This document shows, piece by piece, positions 53,130-64,000 of a stretch of DNA of 64,000 nt; position 1 is the stretch's first letter, and every line of letters begins with the position of its first letter. Source of the stretch: the human T2T-CHM13v2.0 reference genome, Homo sapiens. A program made the position numbers and the translations under genes. The stretch lies in NCBI RefSeq assembly GCF_009914755.1, contig NC_060929.1. One strand, written 5' to 3'. Under the pieces are notes generated by a model that was given only the letters and a program-made list of their open reading frames with translations, searched no databases and had not been told where the DNA came from.

Positions 53130-54693
53130 TTATTTGTACATCTGGTAGAATTTGGCTGTGAATCCATCTGGTCCTGGGCTTTTATTGGTTGGTTGGCTAT
53201 TTATTACTGATTCAATTTCAGAGCTTGTTATTGGTCTATTCAGGGATTCAGTTTCTCTCTGGTTCAGTCTTGGGATGGTGTATATACCCAGGAATTTATC
53301 CATTTCTTCTAGATTTCCTAGTTTGTGTGCATGGAAGTGTTCATAATATTCTCTGACAGTTATTTATATTTCTGTAGGGTCAATGATTATATCTCGTTTG
53401 TCATTTCTAGTTGTGTTTATTTGGATTTTCTCTCTTTTCTTCTTTATTACTCTAGTTAGAGTTCTATCTATTTTAATTTTTTGAAAAAAAAAACAACTGA
53501 ATGCATCTATCTTTTGAATGGTTTTTCATTTCTCAGTCTCCTTCAGTTCAGCTATGATTTGGGTTATTCCTTGTCTTCTGCTAGCTTTGGGGTTGGTTCG
53601 CTCTTGGTTTCTCTAGTTCTTTTAGTTGTGATGTTAGGTGGTTAAATTGAGGTCTTTCTAACCTTTTGATGTGGGTGTTTAGTGCTATATATTTCCCTCT
53701 TAACACTGCCTAAGCTGTGTTCCAGAGATTCTGGTATGTTATATCCTTGTTCTCATTAATTTCAAAGAACTTCTTGATTTCTGCCTTAATTTCATTATTT
53801 ATCCAAAAGTCACTCAGGAGCAGGTTATTTAATTTCCATGTAATTGTATGGTTGGAGTGATTTTCTTAGTCTTGATTTCTAATTTTACTGTGCTGTGTGC
53901 TGTGGTCTGAAAGAGTGGTTGGTATTATTTCAGTTCTTTTGCATTTGCTGAGGATTGTTTTATGTTCAATTGTGTGGTCCATTTTAGAGTATGTGCCTTG
54001 TGGCAATGAGAAAAATGTATATTCCATTGGTGTTGGGTGGAAAGTTCTGTAGATGTCTATTGGGTTCATGTGATTCAGTGCTGAGTTCAGTTCCTGAATA
54101 TCTTTGTTAATTTTCTACCTTGCTAATCTGTCTAACACTGTCAGTGGAGTGTTGAAGTTTCCCACTATTATTGCATGGGAGTCTAAGTCTTTTTGCAGGT
54201 CTCTAAAAGCTTATTTTATGAATCTGGATGTTCCTGTGTTGGGTGCATATATATTTAGGATAGTTAGATCTTCGTGTTGAATTGAACCCTTTACCATTAT
54301 GTAATGCCCTTGTTTTTTTCTCATCTTTGTTAATCTAAAGTCTATTTTGTCTGAAATTAGGATTGCAACCCCGTTTTCTTCTGTTTTTTATTTGCTTGGT
54401 AGATTTCTTTCTATCCCTTTATTTTGGGTGTCATTGCATGTGAAGTGGGTCTCTTGAAAACAGCATATCACTGGGTCTTGGCCCTTTATCCACCTTGTCA
54501 CTCTGTGACTTTTAATTGGGGCATTTGGCACATTTATATTCAAGGTTAGTATTGATATGCGTGGGTTTTATTCTGTTGTCATGATGGTAGCTGGTTATTA
54601 TTCAGACTTGTTTGTGCGGTTGCTTTATAGTGTCACTGGTCTGTGTACTTAAGCACGTTTTTGCAGTGGCTGGTACCAGTCTTCCCTTTCCAT
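53130..54693 (-). mobile_element. Inverted 5' segment of an L1PA (end of ORF1 through ORF2 EN and linker)
   Basis: Antisense ORF2. ORF 53866-54069 'IDIYRTFHP..EYTFFS..GTYSKMDH' is the L1 endonuclease domain. Confidence 0.93.
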
Positions 54694-57190
54694 TCTTTGA
54701 GGCCAGCATCATCTTCATACCAAAATCTGGCAGAGACACAACATAGAAAGAAAACTTCAGGCCAATAAGACTGATGAACACTGATGCAAAAAAATCCTCA
54801 GAAAAACACTTGTAAACCAAATCCAGCATCACATGAAAGAGCTAATCCACCGTGATCAAGTAGGCTTCATCTCCAGGATTCAAGTTTGGTTAAACACACA
54901 CAAATCAATAAATGTGATTCATCACATAAACAGAACTAAAGACAAAAGCTACATGATTATCTCAATAGATGCAGAAAGGCTTTCAACAAAATTCAACACC
55001 CCATCATAATAAAAACTCTCAATAAACTAGGAAATGAAGGGACACAGCTCAAAACAATAAGAGCCATCTATGACAAACCCACAGTCAACATCATACTGAA
55101 TGGGCAAAAGCTGGAAGCATTTTCCTTGAAAACCAGCACCAGACAAGGATGCCCTTTCTCAACACTTCTGTTCAACATAGTATTAGAAATCGTGGCTGGA
55201 GCAATTAGGCAACAGAAATAAAGCCCATCCAAATAGGAAGGGAGGAAGTCAAACTACCCATTTTCAGATGACGTATTCTATATCTAGAAAACCCCATAGC
55301 TCCTTAAGATGATAAACAACTTCAGCAATGTCTGAGGATACAAAGTCAATGTACAAAAATCACTAGCACTCTTATACAATAACAAGAGTCAAGCCAGGAA
55401 TGCAATCCTATTCACAATTGCCATAAAATAATAAAATACCTAGGAATATAGCTAACAAGGGAGGTGAAAGATCTCTGCACTGAGAGCTGCAAAACACTGC
55501 TCCAAGATATCAGAAGTGATACAAACAAATAGAAAAGCATTCCATGCTCATGGATATGAAGAATCAATATCATTAAATGGCGATACTACCCAAAGCAATT
55601 TATAGATTCAATGCTATTCCTATCAAGCTACCAATGATATTCTTCACAGAACTACAAAAAAAACTATCTTAAGATTCATATGGAACCAAAAACAGAGACA
55701 GAATAACCAAGGAAATTTTAAGCAAAAAGAAAAAAGCTGGAGGCATCATGCTATCCAACTTCAAACTATATGCTACTGAGCTACAGTAACCAAAACAGCA
55801 TGGTGCTGGGACAAAAACAGACACAAAGACCAATGAAACAGAATAGACAGCCCAGAAATAAGACCACACACCTACAACCATCTGATCTTCCACAAAGCTG
55901 ACAAAAACAAGCAATGGGGAAGGACTCCCTATTCAATAGTGGTGGGATAACTGGGTAGCTATATGCACAAAACTGAAGCTGGACCCCTTCCTCACACCAT
56001 ATACAAAAAATCAACTCAAGGTGGATTAAAAATTTAAATGTAAAATCCCAAACCACAAAATCCTTGGAAGACAATATAGGCAATACCATTCTGGACATAA
56101 GAACAGCAAAGATTTCATGTCAAAGACACCAAAAGCAATTGCAACAAAAGCAAAAATGGGATATAATTAAACTAAAGAGCTTCTAAACAACAGAAAAAAC
56201 TACTAATGGAATAAACAGACAACCTACAGAATGGGAGAAAATTCTGCAAACTATACACATGGGAGAGGTCTACTATCCAGCATGTATAAGAAACTTAAAC
56301 AAATTTAAAAGAAAAAAATAAACAACCCCATTAAAAAGTAGGCAAAGGACATGAACATACATTTTGCAAAAGAAGACATACATGTGACAAACAAGCATAT
56401 GAAGAAAGCTCAACATCACTGATCATTAGAGAAATGCAAATCCAAACCACAATGAGATACCATGTCACACCAGTCAGAATGGCAAAAGTCAAAAAATAAC
56501 AGATACTGGCATGGTTGTAGAGAAAAAGGAACACTTATATACTGTTGGTGAGAATGTAAATTATTCCAGCCATTGTGGAAAGCAGTGTGGTGATTCCTCC
56601 AAGTGCTAAAAACAGAACTACCATTTGACCCAGCAATCCTGTTACTGGGTACATATCCAAAGGAATATAAATCATTATATCATAAAGACACCGAATGTGT
56701 ATGTTTATTGTAGCACTAGTCACAGTAGCAAAAACACAGAGTCAACCTAAACGCCCATCAGTGGTAGGCTGGATAAAGAAAATATGGTACATATACACTA
56801 TGGAATACTATGCAGCCATAAAAAGAACAAGATCATGTCCTTTGCAGGAACATGGATGGAGCTGGAGGCCCTTTTCCTTAGCAAATGAACACAGGAACAG
56901 ACAATCAGATATGGAACAGACAACCAGATACTGCATGTTCTCACTTATAAGTGGGAGCTAAATGATGAGAACACATGGACACATAGAGGGAAACAACAGA
57001 CACTCAGGCCTACCTGAGGGCGGAGGTTGGGAGGAGAGAGAAGATCAGGAAAAATAACTAATGGCTACTAGGCTTAATAACTAGGTGATGAAATAATATG
57101 TACAACAAACCCCCATGACACAAATTTAGCTATGTAACAAGCCTGCACATATACCCCTGAACTTAAATAAAAGTTATAAAAATAGAAAAA
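54691..57190 (+). mobile_element. L1PA (about PA13-15) 3' segment (RT, C-domain, 3'UTR, poly(A))
   Basis: Sense ORF2 text from 'gaggccagcatcatc' with many indels and stops, then an old L1PA 3'UTR and A-tail. Confidence 0.93.
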
Positions 57191-58849
57191 ACCTATTTTT
57201 GTTCTTTCTCTTTTCTTTCCTTTCCTTCTTTCCTTCCTTCCTTTCTTCCTAATGAAAAATGGCATAGAAAGTCTCCAGAATGCTAGAATCCTACACTGGA
57301 AAACACAATAAAAGTTTGGAAATGTAATCAAAATGACTAGAGTTGGTTCCTAAAACAGGGAAATTTGCTTTCACATAATCACCTTTGGGGAGTGTTTTTT
57401 GTTTTGTTCAAAATCTACAAACTACAAATGTAAAATCTTACAGAGTAAATATGTTCACCAATAGAATTCCTGATGCTTCATAAATATTCAAAGAGTATTG
57501 CATTTGATGACATGCCAGAGTTGAACAATACACTACCGAATCTGATATTCTGTTGATTAGAAGAAATATGCTTTGCCTGCTTCTTGTGGGAAGGTGAAAA
57601 CGTCTGTGTTTGCACTTGGCCAATTATAGAAGTCTATATGGGAAAAACATAAATACTAAGTCATTTCCCCCAGACAATTCTATTACATGGTTGAAAGCAT
57701 GTGGTTGCTTTCCCCTATCATCAATTTTACCTCTACTGAAGCCTGGTTCTTTTCCTACTATCTTCAAAGTGAGAAGGAAGAATGTGCCCCATTTCATTCA
57801 CATGCAAATTAAGAATCAAAGAATAAAAAACATTTTTTCCCAAGTTCAGAGTGATCAACTCTCTTTGGCAATTACACAGGTTACTACAATGAGAAATTCA
57901 AAAATCTAGGGACACAATGAAGCTTCATTACTCCCCATACTTACTCTGATCCCTTCTTAGCAGCTTACATCTCTGCATTAATTCATAGCTAATAGAGGTC
58001 AGAGTCAGGGTTAATAGCCCACAGCTCAACATTCATTAAGTCATTCACTGATCATTATAACATCCTGAAAAAGCTTTGTGTTGAAGTTTTAATAGCAGCA
58101 GTATATGGAGACTTGCTGTTCTCAAATACTAATAATGTTCTTTTATCACAGTAAAGAAGTGTGTGCATCCAACAACTTATGTTAATCTTGATTACCAATT
58201 CTGCCCTCTTAGAGTGAATTCAAAAATAAATTTTTAAGGAAACTTTCAGAAAGATGATTTTATCTATCAGAATTCTCATAATCATCAGAACACAAAAGCA
58301 AACATCACAACCTTTGGGATCAATAAGTGTTCTGGCTGCTGATAGAACCCTGTATAGGGAGCTGCCCCAGACTTGGCTTGGAAGATTCCTCTGATCAAAG
58401 CACTTTATTCCAGTCCATTCAGCAGACTTTAATTGAGCACCTATGATGGAACCACCCTGGATTTGGGACATAGTAACAAACAAAATAGATATGATTTTGT
58501 GGAATCTACATTCTAGACATCTGGAAAAATTCCCTGGCCCACATGAAACTGTACAATCTGGAGGCTGGTCAAAGGAATCACGTAAGGTCTATATGCATCG
58601 TCAAGGATGGGCCTCAGACACATGCCGGCATTTTGTATGTATAGCTACTTGTATAACTTTAGGAGTATAGAATAATACTACAGATTGTCTCTTAATACAT
58701 ACATAGGTTTGTAAATATATTTTAAAAGGACTGGAGGCTTCATATTTAACAATGTTTATCTCCAAGTTGGGATGGGAAGTAGGAGGGATGTAGGAGTCAG
58801 GGAGGTCAAAGGAGCCTATGTGCTGGGCTCCAAACTATTTATTGCAATG

Positions 58850-59290
58850 TTCTGGGACATAATCAGTACTACATTTGTCACGTTCCTGCCAAAAATAAAT
58901 AACTTGAATCTAATCACAAGGAAACAACAACAAAAACAAATTGAGTAATATTCTACAAAATACTGACATGCACTCTTAAAAACTGCCAAGGTCATAAAAG
59001 ACAAAGGGTTGCTGAGGAACTGACTAAGGAGAAACGACAGCTAAAAAGCAATGCACGACCCTGGATTGGATTCTGAGTCAGAAACAAAAAGTTACAAAAG
59101 ACATTATTGGGACTATTAGAAAATGTTAAACGGACAGTGACTTAAACAACAGTATTGCATCAGTGATTTTGGTAGTTGGAGCATCCTTGCTCATAGGGAA
59201 TACCCATGAAGTGTCTAGTAGTAAACTAAAACTTTAACTTACCCTCCAGTGGTTCAATGGTTCAGAAAATAATTGAACAGAAAGAGGGAG
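58850..59290 (+). mobile_element. L1MC4/5-type 3'UTR fragment
   Basis: 'ttcctgccaaaaa..ttgaatctaatcacaaggaaaca..attctacaaaatactg..caaggtcataaaagacaaagg..ctgaggaactg'. Confidence 0.7.
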
Positions 59291-59294
59291 AAAG

Positions 59295-59643
59295 ATTTTA
59301 AGTAGAGCAGACTGCAAGCTAGAAATTCATGTAAGAGTTGATGCTAGTCAGAAATCCATTAGGCTGGCCAGGTAAGCTGAAAACCCATGCAGGATTTTTA
59401 TGTTACAGCCGTGAAGAAGAATTTCTTCTTCTCTGGGAATTCTCAATTTTTACTCTTAAGGTCTTCAACTGTTTTGATGAGACCACCCACAGTATGGAGA
59501 GTAATCTACTTTACTTAAATTAAAATGATTGTAAATGTTAGTCACATCTACAAAATACCTTCCTAGCAACATCGAGACTAATGTTTGACCAAACAAGTAG
59601 GCATCATAGCCTAGCCAGGCTGACAATAACATTAACCAACACA
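59295..59643 (-). mobile_element. MLT2D-like ERVL LTR
   Basis: 'tcacatctacaaaataccttcctagcaacatcgagactaatgtttgaccaaacaa..atagcctagcca..ttaaccaacaca'. Confidence 0.85.
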
Positions 59644-60099
59644 CGCAACTAAGGTGACGATTGCACTGATCTTTAAGCTCAAGAACACAGGAAGGAAAAC
59701 ACTTGAGAAGGACATGAGTTCAGGTTCAGACATGCTGAGTCGGAAATGTCTGTGAAACAGCCAAAATACCTGTAAAGGAAGCAATTGATATATGGCTGTT
59801 GCAGATCACAGAGGTGTTGTTGGATTGTGCCAGCAGGAGGGAAAAGTTCTTCAAAGGAAGTTGAGTTTGCAATTTCAAACACTAGAGAAAAAGAGAATGT
59901 TCTCATCAAATTTGCCAATCTGGAGGTCAATCATGAAACTGGTAAAGATGTTGACATGAAAGCTGAATAGGAATTGAGAAACTCTACTCTTTAACCATCC
60001 CTGACAGCTCACTTGTCTCCTGGAATACCTGATGCAGCAAAATAATAATGACATGACAATAATTCAGACAACTTTTTGGAGTCGTTATCTGGAGTCCCA

Positions 60100-60650
<551 letters not shown>

Positions 60651-60667
60651 ATAAGATATTATTCCTA

Positions 60668-61010
<343 letters not shown>

Positions 61011-61664
61011 CTAAGAATTTGGACAACTTTTATTGAAAGTCTACGTTACAGCCTATTATAGAAAACTATTTAGATTTGTTTCCTAGTTTTATAAATCATA
61101 GACATAGATATCAGAAAACTGAGCCTTGGAAAACATTTTTAAATATCTAAGTGTTATTTCCCATTTTTAATGCACTAAAAGCCATGTGGGAAGCCGTTCT
61201 TCTTTTCATAGTTATGAATTCAGAACTACGGTAGAAAAATTTAAACATGAAGCTGTACTGGTATTCTTAGCTAATTAGGGTCAGCTGTCTTTTCAATAAT
61301 TTGAACCTTTTGTTATCTAGGCAAAAATGCAGCCAAGTTTTCATGAGACAAAATTAAAGACTATCCATTTTTGTTGATAATTGTCATCAATTATTTTTTC
61401 CCACTGAAGCAAGTTACTGTGAATTTATTAGAAAAGAAAAAAAAAGTTCAAAAACTTGGTGGCTGACAAGCATGGCTTCTGCTTTCTGAGGACAAACCAC
61501 AGATAGGCTCTAAGGATAGACCAGAGAAATGGCGGGCTGGTCCCTTCCTGTGTCAATGTTTACAATGGGACGACATTTGTACTCTGATTCCTGACACGAA
61601 TAATGTACATTTTTAGTACTTACCAAAGATCTCAGTGGTATCATTTGTGTCCCATTATATAGGT

Positions 61665-61770
61665 GAGATTTATTCATAAAGTGTTTATTGAGCATTTACT
61701 ATGTGCCAGGCATTGTCATGGGGAATACAGCAGTGAACTACACAAACTCCCTGCCCCCATGCAGCTCCTA
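61665..61770 (-). mobile_element. L2 3' fragment
   Basis: 'tttattgagcatttactatgtgccaggcattgt..ggggaatacagcagtgaac'. Confidence 0.75.
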
Positions 61771-61974
61771 TGGAATCAACACACATTCAATGCCTGTGAG
61801 ATACTTAGCTCTCTGCTAGACTTCAGGAATACCAGAATGAGCAAGGATGTCAAGAGCTTGCAAATTAGATGGGGGAAACATGAACCGTCTGTATGTAAGA
61901 ACTGGCCAGCATAGGGTGTTAGGTAAGGCGATTCCAAAGGTTGAGTGAGAGGCATGTGATAATAGCACTTCTCT

Positions 61975-62600
61975 TTTTAAAAATATGGAAAGGAGAGCTT
62001 TATTTCTCATAAAGGGTTGCAGCCAGCAGGGTGACCATTCTGACAGGCTGGGAAGTGTAGTTCCTGGCCAGAAGCTGGAAACAGACACTTGGAGGGAGGG
62101 CAAAATGAAACGGGAATTTATGCTGAACCCAGTGGCTGAATGTACATACTCCATCAGCTATAGGAGAAGTCATGGATACTTATGAAAGGAGAAAGACACA
62201 CATGCCCAATTGAGTTGCATGCCTCTCCCTGGGACCCATGTTTAAAAAATGACAACGTTAACATGATCCAAGGGTGAAGCTTTCAGCCTTCTGATGTCAA
62301 AATGTGAAGTAGAGGACTTGAAAGCCCTCACTGCACATCGTCGGTAGACTGGCCAGACCCACTTTGTGGTCGGTGATCTCTCATCAGGAAGGAATGCTGG
62401 TAAATTGTGCCAAAACTGGAAAGAGAGGAGCAGCACCAGGCAGTTGCTTGATATCAGCGGTGCAGCCTTTTGAAAGGGATGGTTTCTGTTTAGCCCTTGG
62501 GGAAGAAAGCCTAATGGTTATTGAAGGAGGTGATAAAGCTAGGCATGCCCAACCTTCTATCCCATGAAGACCCGAGAACAGCACCTATCTTTATCAAGGA
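61975..62600 (-). mobile_element. MER4-group ERV1 LTR (MER72/MER66-like)
   Basis: Antisense AATAAA in 'ggaaaggagagctttatttctcataaagggttgcagcc'. Body recognisable as an ERV1 LTR, subfamily uncertain. Confidence 0.65.
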
Positions 62601-63126
62601 AAGTTCCAGAAAGAGAAAGTTTTTGTCTTAGTTTAAGCTTCAAGTCAAATTAAGACGTGAAAAATCAAAATATGAGTAGAATTCAGCCAGGAAAGAGAAA
62701 ACATTGTTAAGAACACTTTTGTGGGAAGTTCCACAGACAAGAGAGAGCATCAAATAGTTATGAAAACAAAACACATTCATGAACGTAGAGCTGAGGACGT
62801 GCAGGTGTATTTGGAAAGCAAAGCAAGAAATCCTCCTGGAGGTCTGGGGAATATGCAGTTGCTTGTGAGCAGGGCCTCTCATTTGAGAGAAGTCAAAGCC
62901 AGTTCAATCTGTTTGTCCCTTAGGCTACCAGGACATTAAAAAATAAAGAAATGTCAAAAGAGGATTATAATAATTATATATTTTAAATGTTTGCACTTAA
63001 ATGAATGCTTCAACACAAGTATATAAACTTCAATGGCTGTGGAAGTAATCTTTTTAGAAATAAAGACATCTAAACATGAGGTCTTTTATTAATATGAGAC
63101 CACCTCCCCCAAAACACTGCATGCAA

Positions 63127-63150
63127 ACACACACACACACACATACACCC
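63127..63150. repeat. (CA)n microsatellite
   Basis: Directly visible. Confidence 0.85.
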
Positions 63151-64000
63151 ACTGCCCATACAACACCCATGTATGAAGCCTTCCTTGGAAGGAATGATAA
63201 GAATGGGGGACTTTATCATAAGAACTTTGGAAATGTTTGGAAAGAATTGAATCAAGGAAGTAAGATAATTCCATTTGCATTTTATAAATTATAGAAAATC
63301 GACTAAAGGGAGGCAGGATTGGGGACAGAAGACAAGATGAAAGCTGTTGCCATCATTTGCATGAGACATGGGAGTGGTCTGGACCAGCACAGAGGCCCTG
63401 GCACCAGCTTTGCATTAGAGAACTATTTGGATGGTAAAATCAGCCAGACCTGATAACCAATTGAATAAGGGAAGTGAGGGAGACACAGAAATTTGTTTGC
63501 CAATCAAAATAGTCAAGCTGCTTTCAGCTTATAAAAATAACATCATTTCAATAGCATCTTCACTTCCTAGAATGGTTTTATATCCATATAACCTCCACTG
63601 ATTTTAAATCATTAATAATTATAATGTAATGAAGTGATTCATTTTTAAAGTAGCTTGAAGAAATGTGTTGGCTACAAAAACTTCATGGATCTTTTTCCAC
63701 TTTCTAGCATTTCTATGAAGCTGCCATTTTGAGAAGTATTTTGATATTTGTGACCTAATTTTAAAATGTTAGTCCCTCCTACATGTGAATGAGATGTAAA
63801 TAGCTGAACATAAATTCAGACATCATTCAAGCATGCTCTTAACATTAAAAAGTTATTGACAGCAATCATCATAGATGAATGACATATTTATAAATATCAT
63901 TCAAAAATATTAGCAAAGCACTAAGTTTTATTTCCTCAAGATTCACTAATGCTTCTGTCTTTATTAAATTTGAAAAATAAATTTCTATGAAGGATCACAG

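Overview
This is primate, most likely human, nuclear DNA. The window is AT-rich and made up largely of transposable elements, so it looks intergenic or deep intronic. I found no supportable protein-coding exon, RNA gene or CRISPR array. The longer ORFs in the track are mostly read-outs of Alu, SVA, L1 or LTR sequence, and the rest look like chance ORFs. Main elements: a full-length SVA of E/F type with a perfect 16-bp TSD (33490-35262, minus strand), a 4-kb L1PA with a twin-priming 5' inversion (53130-57190), a young 5'-truncated L1PA inside a palindromic MER96B, about ten Alu copies or fragments, many MaLR/ERV1/ERVL LTRs, L2 and MIR fossils, and hAT/Tigger DNA transposons. The most unusual structures are a 53-bp micro-inversion bounded by 6-bp inverted repeats in an MSTA LTR, an ancient provirus with two degenerate LTRs (~23640-27345), a half-Alu fused into a THE1 LTR at a microhomology, a convergent pair of MER50-family LTRs, and an unexplained ~70-bp direct repeat (50595-50664 / 57192-57264). 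I see no convincing evidence of a novel biological system. Subfamily names come from my recall of consensus sequences, not a RepeatMasker run, and boundaries of old elements are approximate.
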